DNA of 64,000 bases, from the NCBI GenBank assembly GCA_037305845.1, contig CP147778.1:2240001-2304000 (forward strand). Reading direction: 5' to 3'. This document shows, piece by piece, positions 11,925 to 22,579 of the stretch. The DNA comes from Candidatus Freyarchaeum deiterrae. Lineage in GTDB: Archaea > Asgardarchaeota > Jordiarchaeia > Jordiarchaeales > Jordiarchaeaceae. Under the pieces are notes generated by a model. That model was given only the letters and a program-made list of their open reading frames with translations. It searched no databases and had not been told where the DNA came from. Position numbers and translations under genes: made by a program. Each line of letters starts with the position of its first letter. Position 1 is the stretch's first letter.

Positions 11925-12165
11925 ATTTCATCCCGCCTGTTGAGTCTTTTTGGTTGAAAAATGATTTAAGCTTAGTTACTTTTAAGGGTTACAAGAAAAT
12001 CCTTTAAATATAATTCATACAAACTGGAAAAGAAGCAAATGACGCCTTTTCAACAGTTTCGAAATAAGTAGGCTTAAATAGTCACATAAGAAATCCGTGT
12101 TGAAGGCTGCGGAATCAGCAAGGCCAATCGTTTTAAAGAAAGGAGAAGCTGAGGAGAAAAATAGG

Positions 12166-13407
12166 ATGATAAAAACCTACACCGTTCCCCACAACCTCCA
12201 GCTGGACCAATTCTTCTACGCCTACCTCACAGCTCTAAACAGCATGATCGGCGACATCTGGAAAAGCATCCAGTGGAAAGAAAAAACAATCAGGGGGAAA
12301 AAGCAGAAGCGGATACTGCCCACCATCCCCAACTACGCCTTCAAGAAGGAGATGAGAGACCAGTACCTAATGGACTGGGAGTACGCCAGGCACTGGATAG
12401 ACTCCGCCATAAAAACCGCGTTCTCCATAATAAACTCCTGGAAGAAAAACTACGTAAAGGGAAACCGCAAGAGGAAAAAACCAGTCGTCAAACGATGCTT
12501 CGTGAGAGTTAAACAAACACTGATGAAAATCAGCGGAGAAAAGCTACGCATCACCATCAAGCCAAGAGAATACGCAACCATCGATTTGTCGAAACGCTAC
12601 TTCAGCATAAAAGGAAGAAGAATAGGGGAGCCCATACTAACCCCCACCAAACTCCATTTACCCATAGAAACCAACCACGCGGAACAACAACAAGAGAAGC
12701 CCGCCGAGCGGATCGGTTGGGACTCCAACAAGCTCTCAGTGGACGGCTTCTCCCCCACCCACGGCTGGATAAAAATCGACCTAAAACCGCTGCACACCCT
12801 CCACACAACCTACGACAACAAGATGCGCAACATAAACCGAGTGTACTCAAAAAACCGGGGAAAGGGAAAAAAGCTCTACCAAAAATATGGGAAGCGGTGC
12901 CGGAACCGGGTGAAAAACTACCTACACCATGTCGCCAAGCGGATAACATCTTCCCACTTCCAGCAGGCACTGCACGGATTTGAAAAACTGGAAAAGCAGC
13001 GCATGAAAAAAGGGCACAAGCACCGGTGGAACCGGGAGCTGAACCACGCGGATTGGCGTCTGCTCGTTTCCCTGGCCCGAAACCGGGCACCAGTTGTCGA
13101 AGTCAGCCCCTTTTACACCTCGAAAACCTGCAGCAGATGCGGGGAAGTCCACAAAGCCCTAAGGAGCGAAAAGGTTTTCGAGTGCCCATTCTGCGGACTG
13201 ATTGTAGATCGACAGCTGAACGCCAGCATAAACATCTACCTAAGAATGAGAGGAGTTTCCCCGCGAAGGGAGTGGTTCGACGCCACATTCATCGCGGGTG
13301 GGTTTCCCTTGATCGGGGTGGAGACGAAGATTCCCGATGAACTCGCGAGGGAATTATATGACTCAATGAAACCCCAATACTACGTAAGTCTACCTCTGAC
13401 TACGTAG
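12166..13407 (+). mobile_element. tnpB: Solo TnpB (IS200/IS605/IS607 OrfB-type), no tnpA adjacent
   Basis: RuvC-I IGWDSN, RuvC-II FEKL, YTSKTCSRCG..CPFCG Zn finger, DRQLNASINI; base composition differs from the flanks. Confidence 0.88.
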
Positions 13408-13478
13408 TATAAAACCCTAGAAAATATTCAAATGTAATAAACCGGCTTCGTTCCTCTTCGCTCAGGAGTCGCTCAGGC

Positions 13479-13835
13479 ATGTTTGAGTATAAAATGGTGA
13501 TTTTGGTTCGAACGGACATAAAAATGAGTAAGGGAAAAATTGCAGTACAGGTAGCGCACGCCGCAGTTTCCGCATCAGAGGAGGCTAGGAAAAAGAATCC
13601 GGACTGGTTTAAAAAATGGATGAACGAGGGGCAGAAAAAAGCGGTTGTGAAGGTAAAATCTTTGGAGGAACTAGAAAAATTCGAGCATCAGGCTTTGAAA
13701 GACAAGATTCCTCACGCTTTAATTTCCGACAGAGGACTAACAGAACTACCTCCAGGGACAGTTACCGCTCTCGCTATTGGGCCAGGTCCAGAATCCCTGA
13801 TAGACAGTATTACCGGGGGGCTGACCCTACTCTAG
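13479..13835 (+). CDS. pth2: Peptidyl-tRNA hydrolase Pth2
   Basis: KMVILVRTDIKMSKGKIAVQVAHAAV, GQKKAVVK, D.GLTELPPGT.T. Confidence 0.96.
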   Translation: MFEYKMVILVRTDIKMSKGKIAVQVAHAAVSASEEARKKNPDWFKKWMNEGQKKAVVKVKSLEELEKFEHQALKDKIPHALISDRGLTELPPGTVTALAIGPGPESLIDSITGGLTLL

Positions 13836-13854
13836 TCAACTTTCGGTGAGGTTA

Positions 13855-15222
13855 ATGAGCGAGCTGGATAAACTCTTGGGAATAGACTTTTTTGTTACAA
13901 AGTCTGAGGGAATAGGGGGGTGCCTTAGAAAGAGATGGGAGGACTTTGTGGTTGAGGAAATAACTCCGGAAAGGGAGATAATTCCTGCCTTGGGTTCTAA
14001 AGCTCAGACAAATAACTCAAGTAGTAATTATGAAAGTGAGGAAGAGGGCGAGTACACCGTTTTCACTCTTGAGAGACATGCTATGTATGACGCTTTTGAA
14101 GCTTTGATTAAGATAGCTCGCAGTTTAGGCGTAGGCGTGAAAAGGTTATCCTATGCGGGGGTGAAAGATAAAAGAGCAGTTACCACTCAGAGGGTGAGTG
14201 CTTGGAGAGTTGATCCGGAAAGGTTGAAGAACTTGAATGTTAAAGGGCTCTACATAAGGGATGTACACAAGAGTAAAGATGCTGTTGAGCTTGGCGGTCT
14301 GTGGGGAAACCGCTTTAGTATAATGGTTAGAGAGATTAATCTGGACAAGTCGGAAGCGGAAGAAAGGGTTAAACAAACCTGTCGTGAAATAAAGGATTGG
14401 GGTGGGGTTCCCAACTTTTTTGGTTACCAAAGGTTTGGAATTCAAAGACCTTTAACTCATCTTGTGGGAATTAAGCTCCTTAGGAAGGAATTTAGAGAGG
14501 CTGCGATGCTATTCTTGGCAAAGGCTTATCCTCTGGAAGGGGAAGACGCCAAGGAGGCGCGTAATTACTTATCTGAAAAAGAAGACTTTGCTGGAGCTTT
14601 AGGAAAATTTCCAAGGCGTTTGACTTACGAAAGGATAATGCTAAAACACCTATCTCACTATCCCAACGATGTTATAGGTGCGTTCAGGCGGCTCCCCCGA
14701 GGTCTACTCAAAATGTTTGTACACGCTGTACAGTCTTATCTATTTAATAGAATCCTCAGCATGAGATTCAAATCCGGTTTTCCATTAAACCATGCGATCC
14801 CTGGAGATATAGTAACCTCGGTTGAAAATGTTTCACCAAATGATTATACACTAGTCACGGAAGAAACTGTTTCGAGAATAAATGAAGAGATTAAATCTGG
14901 AAGATTAGGTGTTTCAATACCCTTGATAGGATACGATTCAACTCTACCAACAAATCAACCTGGGGAATTGGTGGAAAAAATTTTACGAGAAGAGGAACTA
15001 AATCCAAACATGTTTAGACTCCAGTCCATACCTGAAATGAGTTCCAGAGGGATGGTTCATCTAGCACTTCTCGGGATATCAGATTTGAAAGTAATGGATA
15101 TTGACAAGGATGAATACAGCGAAAATGCACTTAAACTCACGATTTCATTCTCGCTCCCTAAAGGGAGCTATGCCACCATTGTTCTCAGAGAATTTATGAA
15201 AACAGATCCAATAAACTATTAA
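13855..15222 (+). CDS. truD: tRNA pseudouridine-13 synthase TruD
   Basis: EDFVVEE, AGVKDKRAVTTQ, GNRF, PNFFGYQRFG, FSLPKGSYAT. Confidence 0.96.
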   Translation: MSELDKLLGIDFFVTKSEGIGGCLRKRWEDFVVEEITPEREIIPALGSKAQTNNSSSNYESEEEGEYTVFTLERHAMYDAFEALIKIARSLGVGVKRLSYAGVKDKRAVTTQRVSAWRVDPERLKNLNVKGLYIRDVHKSKDAVELGGLWGNRFSIMVREINLDKSEAEERVKQTCREIKDWGGVPNFFGYQRFGIQRPLTHLVGIKLLRKEFREAAMLFLAKAYPLEGEDAKEARNYLSEKEDFAGALGKFPRRLTYERIMLKHLSHYPNDVIGAFRRLPRGLLKMFVHAVQSYLFNRILSMRFKSGFPLNHAIPGDIVTSVENVSPNDYTLVTEETVSRINEEIKSGRLGVSIPLIGYDSTLPTNQPGELVEKILREEELNPNMFRLQSIPEMSSRGMVHLALLGISDLKVMDIDKDEYSENALKLTISFSLPKGSYATIVLREFMKTDPINY

Positions 15223-15322
15223 AACAAGTAACACTTGAATTTGAATCGATAGATTAATTAGTAGTAGGTATTCTCTTTTTGACGACAGTGAATTAACTTG
15301 AACCGCGTCAATTTGTCGGAGG

Positions 15323-16642
15323 TTGAATCTATTGTCAGATGATGCACAGGATATTCATAAGACGCACTTTACCAGCGAAATTGGACCGGAACTTGACGGT
15401 CAGGTAGTGACTCTCGCTGGATGGGTAGAAAGCGTTCGAAAACTCGGTGGAATAAAATTCATTATCTTGAGAGATAAAGAGGGGCGGTCGCAGATTACGG
15501 TCCCTAAGAGCAAACCAGAGGTTTTTGAAGGGGTGGATAACCTAGGCAAGGAATATGTTGTATGGATTCGCGGAACAGTGAGGAAGATTGAAAAGGCTCC
15601 TCAGGGAGCTGAGATAGTCCCCGACGAAATAAAAATTCTTAATACCGCGATTTCTCCGCTGCCCTTAGACCCGTCGGGAAAAGTTGAGGCGAACCTTGAC
15701 ACCGAGTTAGATAACCGTGTGCTAGACCTTAGACGGCCAGAAAAAAATGCTATCTTCGTTATTCGCCATAAAACTGTTAGTGCTATTCGAGAATTCCTAA
15801 TTCCCAAAAGATTCGTTGAAATTAATACTCCTAAGATTATTGCTTCCGCCTCTGAAGGTGGAGCGGATCTCTTTCCCATCTCGTACTATGAGAAGGAAGC
15901 GTTTCTAAGCCAGTCAGCTCAACTTTACAAGGAGCAAATGTCCAGCGTTTTTGAAAAGGTCTTTGAGATCGCGCCTTGTTTTCGGGCTGAGTCCAGCCGT
16001 ACAGTCAGACACCTAAGCGAGTTATACACTGTAGATGTGGAAGTGGCGTTTAACAATTATGAGGATGTAATGAAACTACTCGAAGAATTGATTTCTCATG
16101 TATTCAAACAAATTAAGGAAAAGTGTTCCGAAGAATTAAAATCCCTAAACCAAAAACTTTCCGTTCCGAAGATACCTTTCCCTCGCTATACCTATAGCGA
16201 CATCATAGAGTTGCTTCATAGAGAAGAAGTTGAAATAAACTGGGGAGAAGATATCACTACACAGGCTTACCGCAAGCTCGGGGAGACGTTAAAAGGAACG
16301 TATTTCATTTCGGATTGGCCTACCGCTGAAAAACCCTTCTACATTTTACCGTGTAAAGATAATCCTAAAATATCTGAATCATTCGATTTAATGTACGGTT
16401 GGCTGGAACTGTCTTCCGGAGGAACAAGAATTTATAAAAAGGAGATGCTCATTGAAAGATTAAAAGAACAGAAATTAAGCCCTGAATCATTCACTTTCCA
16501 CCTAAAAACATTCGACTGGGGCATGCCGCCTCACGCAGGATGGGGACTGGGGCTGGACAGACTCGTGATGAGTATTACCGGATCAGAAAACATAAGAGAA
16601 TGCGTTTTATACCCCCGCGACAGAGACCGCCTCACTCCTTAA
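15323..16642 (+). CDS. aspS: Aspartyl-tRNA synthetase (archaeal type)
   Basis: OB fold LAGWV..R..G..FIILRD, FRAE, ELSSGG.R, GMPPHAGWGLGLDR, YPRD. Start may be TTG at 15332. Confidence 0.96.
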   Translation: MNLLSDDAQDIHKTHFTSEIGPELDGQVVTLAGWVESVRKLGGIKFIILRDKEGRSQITVPKSKPEVFEGVDNLGKEYVVWIRGTVRKIEKAPQGAEIVPDEIKILNTAISPLPLDPSGKVEANLDTELDNRVLDLRRPEKNAIFVIRHKTVSAIREFLIPKRFVEINTPKIIASASEGGADLFPISYYEKEAFLSQSAQLYKEQMSSVFEKVFEIAPCFRAESSRTVRHLSELYTVDVEVAFNNYEDVMKLLEELISHVFKQIKEKCSEELKSLNQKLSVPKIPFPRYTYSDIIELLHREEVEINWGEDITTQAYRKLGETLKGTYFISDWPTAEKPFYILPCKDNPKISESFDLMYGWLELSSGGTRIYKKEMLIERLKEQKLSPESFTFHLKTFDWGMPPHAGWGLGLDRLVMSITGSENIRECVLYPRDRDRLTP

Positions 16643-16704
16643 AAAAGAAAAAGTTACAGAAAATAAAACTGAACAACTCTATATGATAAAAGTCTCTAGG
16701 AGGA

Positions 16705-17211
16705 TCACTCGAGGACTATTCTTACTTTTTCTTTCGTTATTTTGTAAACTATATCCTCAAGATTGGGTACGCTCGAAGGGAGCCTTCTGCTGTCTGCTCT
16801 CTTAATTCTTATCTTTTTTTCAAGACTTCCGTCAGGAAGCCAAATCGTATTCACACCCAAAACTCCAACAGGGGACAAGATGTCCTCAATAGTTTTCTTG
16901 GTGGAGGAAGTTCCCTCTACGACTCTGACCTTTTTCTTTAACGCGTCACCCAGAACTTTAACGACTTTGCCTTTAGGTCCAATGAAGTTGGATATGTCAC
17001 CTGGACCAACGACAATTATGATTAGGCTATTGGTTTCGATGGCTCCTCTAAACTCCGCGTCCTTAAGATTGGGAAACCTGCTCTCAAGTTCTAAAAGCTG
17101 CTTAGCCACCTCTAAATCCAGAGGAGAAACTTCGCCTCTTTCTATTTTCTCTCTGCATGTTGAACAGTACATCCCACTTTTAAGACAAAAGGAACATACG
17201 GGGACCTTCAA
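16705..17211 (-). CDS. Archaeal NusA-like KH-domain protein with N-terminal Cys motif
   Basis: MKVPVCSFCLKSG.YC..C; KH motif IGPKGK; VLGVN..WLPDG. Confidence 0.75.
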   Translation of the reverse strand: MKVPVCSFCLKSGMYCSTCREKIERGEVSPLDLEVAKQLLELESRFPNLKDAEFRGAIETNSLIIIVVGPGDISNFIGPKGKVVKVLGDALKKKVRVVEGTSSTKKTIEDILSPVGVLGVNTIWLPDGSLEKKIRIKRADSRRLPSSVPNLEDIVYKITKEKVRIVLE

Positions 17212-17440
17212 TTTTCAAATCTCCAAATCAAAGTAATCATAAGCGGTAAATACCCTATAAAGCAGTTTCCCGCGAACAATAAACAATAATTTTGGTGTGC
17301 TTTCTATAAAAGAAATACTGCTTAAAAAACTTTTCTTTTTAATAATCCTAAATAATCTTCTACCAGATTAACTATAAAAAATTCAGGAAATGAACATAAC
17401 ATTAAAGAAAAAATTGGGAAATAAAAAAATTCTCATATTA

Positions 17441-17713
17441 CTATTTGCTCAATGTGATCTCAATGGTTGAGACATTTATCGTTGCGTCATGTTCCCCTTG
17501 TATGGCTTCTGTTCCAATCTTGATTCCACTAGCTGAAGCCTCTGATACGAATCTGTTTCTTACTATCTCCGCCACGTCTACAGCTCTGCTTATGGCGCGC
17601 CCACGAGCTTTCAAAACTACTTCATTCTTCCCATTGTGGAAAAGAGTTATGACTGCCAAAACATAATTCATTACAGGTTTACTGCCGATAAAGACTGTAT
17701 TTTCATCAGACAT
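17441..17713 (-). CDS. albA: DNA/RNA-binding protein Alba
   Basis: [36 protein letters not shown]. Confidence 0.97.
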   Translation of the reverse strand: MSDENTVFIGSKPVMNYVLAVITLFHNGKNEVVLKARGRAISRAVDVAEIVRNRFVSEASASGIKIGTEAIQGEHDATINVSTIEITLSK

Positions 17714-18178
17714 AGTTGTTACCTCTTTTGCGTTTTTAGATTTAGTGTATCATTGGTTGTTGGCGTACTTACGGCGAGACATAATAAAAAGTTTTTGGTA
17801 AAAAGTAATACAAATTTTCATAACTTGGATAAATCACTTTTTCAACATTTTAAGTTTTAGAAGTCTTCACTTTGCGGGTTTAATACCCTGAAATTTATAA
17901 TTTGAATGATATAATAACAAACCGTAATTATCTCGGAAAACAAGCTCTAGAGTTAAAACTTGGACTATATCCTTCTTCCCTAAGTGTAGAACATTCCCAA
18001 GGTTTTTTCAAGTTAAAGCTTCTAAAATTCTAAAATTTTTGTCAGGTTTATAACTAACTAATTGGATGTGTTGGTGTCCACGTAGATGTATTTTTATATG
18101 GCAATTAAATATAACACTTTATAACGGCGTCGAATATGATAGATGCTTTCTTTATTCGACAACTGGGAATGGTTAAAA

Positions 18179-20224
18179 ATGATTAAAGCATACTATGTTC
18201 TTCTAAAAACTGGTGAGTCGCTTTTTCACAGAGTTTACGGTGGAAATCATGTTGACGAGTCGTTGTTCTCAGGGTTCTTAGGAGCTGTTTACACCTTTGC
18301 TCGGGAAATTGGACATGGAGATATTCAAACAATGGAGATGGGAGATGCAAAGGTTATATGCGAGGTTTCCGGTAATCTGATTTTCGTGGTCGTCGTTGAA
18401 AAAGATGATGATGAGCAAGAAATAAAAAATTTTCTCAGCTCTACCTCAAAAACTTTTGTTAACCGCTTTAGAAGCGAGATCGAGGGATGGCAGGGGAATG
18501 TAACTGTTTTCCGACCATTCGAGAAAGACCTAGATCACATAGCGGAAAACTATAATATGAAACGTCTTCCAGGCAAAGTTAAATTAGCACCCTTCCTTAG
18601 AGAGGATACTAGCGACTCCTCCGCTTGTCCCTTTGATGTAGAAATCGCCTCCGTCTTCTCGTTACTGGAAGATGTAAGAAACCGTGGCGGAGGTATCCTC
18701 AGAAAAAAGCCGGAGGAAGAATTAACCGGTATTATAAAAGTCTTATGGCCCTTTTGGATATTGCCCTATAAAGACGGAGACAATATCATTTTCGTGGATG
18801 CCATGAGTGCAGACTCTCTTAGAGTAAAAATTAAACATTCCCAAGCTATGGAGAATATTAAGAGCTTGCTTGAAATAAAGGATGCTGACACGTTTGTAAC
18901 CGCTTTTGAAAAACTACTGTTAGACTCAAAAAATGAGAAGTTAGAAGAACTTTCCCTATATGGCCTTTTGGACCCAGAACTGGTAAAAGATATGGAAATT
19001 AGTTTGTCCAAAGCGAAGCAGAGTGAGACCAAAGAATACGTTGTCCCCCGTCCACTCATAAATCCAAAACGAGCACTTGAGAGTAAAAATGTTTTCAGCG
19101 CACTTTTTGAGGAATTAAATAAACATTATCAAAAACTGGTAGAAAACGATAATTCGATCACATTAACCGCTGAAAAGTGGCTAAAGAAAATAAATGAAAA
19201 AGCTGTAAAGATTAAAGATATGTATCAGGTTAAAATAGTGGAAACCACCGAAGACGTTCAGAAGCAGATTGAAGATCTGCGGCAGCTTAGGGAAGAAGAA
19301 CTAAGAAATATTGATACTTGGTTAACGGAAGAGGACAAGAATCTGGTATTGGAAATAAAAAACCTATTCGGGCCTCTTTTAGAAGTTTTAGAAGACGTAG
19401 CACTGAAATCTACCGAAGTAATAGAAAAAAGTGTAGACCCTCAAAGCAGCATGTTAAAGCTCATAGAGGGGCGTATTGAAAAATTCGCTACTGTTTCCGA
19501 GTATATGGATAAGACTAAGAAAGTTGTTGAAAATATTTCTCATAGCATAAAGAAAATAGACACCACAATCGAAAAAACAACCAAAAAAACAGAAGCAGAT
19601 AAGAATCTCGTAATACAAAATTTTGACAAAAAAATTTGGGAGCAGGAATCCCGGATTGATAAGTTGAAAGAAGAAATAGAATCTGCTCTAAATGTGCAAC
19701 AGGAATTAATGAACAAAGTCACAACCACACTCAAAGATTTAAAAGAGTTATTTAAAATTAAATGTGGAGAAATAGAAGAGCAAATAAAAAGGTTAAACTC
19801 ACAGATAATAAAGTCACCAGAAAAAACATATTCCCCTACACTTTTTTACATACCTCTCTACCTTTCAAAATTCCAAGACCTGAAAAAAGAGCGGTTCTAT
19901 GTGGTGCCCCAATTACTTCTTTTAATATCAAGAGCTCCGATTTGTGACTTTGGACAGAAAACACTTCCCCTAGACCTACCAACCTCCCTGCTCTTTGAAA
20001 CGCTAAAAGAAAAGGTTGAAAACCTAGCTACTGAGAATAAAGAATTAAGAACTGAAATTGAAAAAGGTTTCAATAAGAAAAATCTCATAAATTCACCGCA
20101 GATTGAAAAAAGTATCTATGACGGCTTGGACAATCTCTTGCGTTTGAATATTCTAAATGAAAATAACTTTCATATACTTAAGGGTAGAGTCGCTGAAATT
20201 TTTAGAAAGGAGCAAAAAGCATAG
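18179..20224 (+). CDS. N-terminal longin-like domain plus long coiled coil (Asgard eukaryotic-signature type)
   Basis: YYVLLKTGESLFHR..LFSGFLGAVYTFAREI..F..RF....W.G....F..F longin pattern; heptad-rich middle region. Confidence 0.72.
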   Translation: MIKAYYVLLKTGESLFHRVYGGNHVDESLFSGFLGAVYTFAREIGHGDIQTMEMGDAKVICEVSGNLIFVVVVEKDDDEQEIKNFLSSTSKTFVNRFRSEIEGWQGNVTVFRPFEKDLDHIAENYNMKRLPGKVKLAPFLREDTSDSSACPFDVEIASVFSLLEDVRNRGGGILRKKPEEELTGIIKVLWPFWILPYKDGDNIIFVDAMSADSLRVKIKHSQAMENIKSLLEIKDADTFVTAFEKLLLDSKNEKLEELSLYGLLDPELVKDMEISLSKAKQSETKEYVVPRPLINPKRALESKNVFSALFEELNKHYQKLVENDNSITLTAEKWLKKINEKAVKIKDMYQVKIVETTEDVQKQIEDLRQLREEELRNIDTWLTEEDKNLVLEIKNLFGPLLEVLEDVALKSTEVIEKSVDPQSSMLKLIEGRIEKFATVSEYMDKTKKVVENISHSIKKIDTTIEKTTKKTEADKNLVIQNFDKKIWEQESRIDKLKEEIESALNVQQELMNKVTTTLKDLKELFKIKCGEIEEQIKRLNSQIIKSPEKTYSPTLFYIPLYLSKFQDLKKERFYVVPQLLLLISRAPICDFGQKTLPLDLPTSLLFETLKEKVENLATENKELRTEIEKGFNKKNLINSPQIEKSIYDGLDNLLRLNILNENNFHILKGRVAEIFRKEQKA

Positions 20225-20256
20225 CATGGCAAGGAAAGTATCTACGCCTTACTGCT

Positions 20257-21369
20257 TCAACCCAGCAGTTCATACACTGTAGTTCTCTGAACTGGAATAC
20301 GTCCACAGTCTTTAATCAACGCTATTATACTCTCAGGTGAAAGGTACTCCCCGCTAGGGGATCCCGCTATCCTCGAAATATTTTCCTCAAATAGAGTTCC
20401 ACCGAAATCGTTCGCACCTGCATTGAGCAAAAATTGGGCGAACTTTGTACCCAGCTTAACCCAGCTCACTTGAATATTATTGATAAGCCCATCGAACATT
20501 AGACGGGAAATTGCATACACTTTAGCATCTTCCATGCCTGTAGCGCCGGGCCTAGCAGAGAAATTCTTGTAAAGCTCTGTGTGTTGATGAATGAAACTAA
20601 GCGGTACGAATTCTGTAAAACCCTTAGTTCTTTTCTGAATGTTTCTCAGAATGTCCATGTGTACAGCTTTATCCCTATTACTTTCCAGATGCCCGTACAT
20701 CATGGTGCTTGAAGTAGGGATTCCCAAATTATGAGCTTCCTCAACTATCCTGATCCACTCACCCACTGATATTTTGTTGGGACATATAACTTCCCTTATT
20801 TTGTCCACTAGTATTTCTGCAGCTGTTCCGGGCATAGAGTCCAATCCAGTCTCCTTCAAAATCTTAAGGACTTCATATGTGCTTAACCCCTCCATTCTTG
20901 CAGCGTGTTGGATTTCCATGGGGCTGAAAGCGTGAATGTGTATGTCGGGGCTGACTCTCCTCACTGCTTTTATTATTTGCAAGTATAAGTCGAGATTAGC
21001 TTCGGGGTGCAGGCCTCCCTGAATGCAAACTTCCGTCGCTTTCACCTTTACTGCTTCCCGAGTTTTGTTTTCAATCTCTTCGGTCGATAATAGAAATTGG
21101 TTCGGCGAATCCTTATCTTCACGAAAGGCGCAGAAGGGGCACTTATTAACGCATACGTTTGTGAAGTTTATGTTCCGATTAATTATGTAAGTTACAATAT
21201 CTCCCACCGCTCTCTCCCTGACCTGATTAGCAACGAGAATCAATGACAGAAACTCTTGACCAGTACAACCAAACAGAAGCTCTGCCTCATCAAGTGAGGG
21301 AGGATGCCCATCAACGGCTCTATCCAATATGTGGGAAATTTCACCATCTATGCTATCCAGCAAGTTCAA
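20257..21369 (-). CDS. cofH: FO synthase subunit CofH (radical SAM)
   Basis: NINFTNVCVNKCPFCAF, SMPGTAAEIL, NIQVSWVKLG, GANDFGGTL.EENISR.AG. Confidence 0.93.
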   Translation of the reverse strand: MNLLDSIDGEISHILDRAVDGHPPSLDEAELLFGCTGQEFLSLILVANQVRERAVGDIVTYIINRNINFTNVCVNKCPFCAFREDKDSPNQFLLSTEEIENKTREAVKVKATEVCIQGGLHPEANLDLYLQIIKAVRRVSPDIHIHAFSPMEIQHAARMEGLSTYEVLKILKETGLDSMPGTAAEILVDKIREVICPNKISVGEWIRIVEEAHNLGIPTSSTMMYGHLESNRDKAVHMDILRNIQKRTKGFTEFVPLSFIHQHTELYKNFSARPGATGMEDAKVYAISRLMFDGLINNIQVSWVKLGTKFAQFLLNAGANDFGGTLFEENISRIAGSPSGEYLSPESIIALIKDCGRIPVQRTTVYELLG

Positions 21370-22534
21370 TCTTCACCTTCCTGTAACCTTTTTCGTCTGA
21401 CAATTCATGGATAAGTGGGGCAACGGTACTTGAAATATAGTTTTTTTGTATGTACTTCGGATAAATTGCTAATCTTTCTATTAGCTTGAAACCTGCTTCT
21501 CCGGTAATTTTTTCGAGGTTTTCTTTTGACGGCCAAGAATGGTTTGGATTGATTTCATCTAAGGTGACGGGAGAAATACCACCCCAGTCATTCATTCCTG
21601 ATGCAAGCAACTCACGCTCGTGTTGAATATTTAAATTTGGCGGAATTTGAATATTTATTTCTCCTTTAAAAACTAATCGCGTGATAGCCGCGGTTAACAT
21701 AATATCCTTCAAACTTGGAGATGAAGCATTTTCCATGGGTGTATTTGGTTTTGGATCAAAATTTTGAATTATAAGCTCCTGAACATGGCCATATTTTTCG
21801 TGGAGTTCTTTCAAAACATAGATACTCTCTATTCTCTCCTCTAGAGTTTCTCCTATTCCTATAAGGATACCGCTTGTAAATGGCACCTTTAACTCCCCTG
21901 CATATTTTATAGTTTTAATTCTTTGCTTGGGAAATTTTCCCGGGCTTTCTTCGTGAGGTCCTCCATTGTCGCATAGTCTTTCACTGCTGCTCTCCAGCAT
22001 GAGACCCATACTGGCATTTACTTGTTTTAACTTTTCAACCTCATTCCTTTCTAAAATTCCAGGGTTACTGTGAGGAAGAAGTCCTATTTCTAAGGCCATC
22101 AGGCAGAGATCGTATAGGTAATTAATTGTTGATGTATAACCCCACTCCTCCAAAAAATTTTTCACCTCGGAATACTTTTCCTCAGGTTTCTCCCCGAAGG
22201 TGAAAAGTGCCTCGGTGCATCCTGCTTCTTTGCCTCTAACCAAGATCTTTTTTACCTCATCCGGCTTCATAATACTTGCAAATGGGTCTCCTGGTTCACG
22301 CCGGAAACCACAGTAACCGCAACGGTTTCTGCAATAATTTGTTACTGGTATAAAAACATTTGAAGAAAATGTGGTGATGTTACCATAATATTTTCTCCTA
22401 ATACTGTCCGCTGCTTTACATATCTCTCTGAAGTTTCCTTCATTCGCCAGAGCTTGCGCTTCCTCAAAATCCAAGTCTTGCTCATGAATTTTATTAAGCA
22501 CCTTTCTGGACCTTCTTTTATATTTAAAAATCAA
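21353..22534 (-). CDS. cofG: FO synthase subunit CofG (radical SAM); true start probably slightly downstream
   Basis: FIPVTNYCRNRCGYCGF, LPHSNPG, SMGLMLE, IQIPPNL, DWGGISPVT.D.INP. Confidence 0.93.
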   Translation of the reverse strand: MIFKYKRRSRKVLNKIHEQDLDFEEAQALANEGNFREICKAADSIRRKYYGNITTFSSNVFIPVTNYCRNRCGYCGFRREPGDPFASIMKPDEVKKILVRGKEAGCTEALFTFGEKPEEKYSEVKNFLEEWGYTSTINYLYDLCLMALEIGLLPHSNPGILERNEVEKLKQVNASMGLMLESSSERLCDNGGPHEESPGKFPKQRIKTIKYAGELKVPFTSGILIGIGETLEERIESIYVLKELHEKYGHVQELIIQNFDPKPNTPMENASSPSLKDIMLTAAITRLVFKGEINIQIPPNLNIQHERELLASGMNDWGGISPVTLDEINPNHSWPSKENLEKITGEAGFKLIERLAIYPKYIQKNYISSTVAPLIHELSDEKGYRKVKIELAG

Positions 22535-22579
22535 GTTTTAGGGCGGGGTTTCTTAATAACTTTTCTTCAGTGGGGTAGT

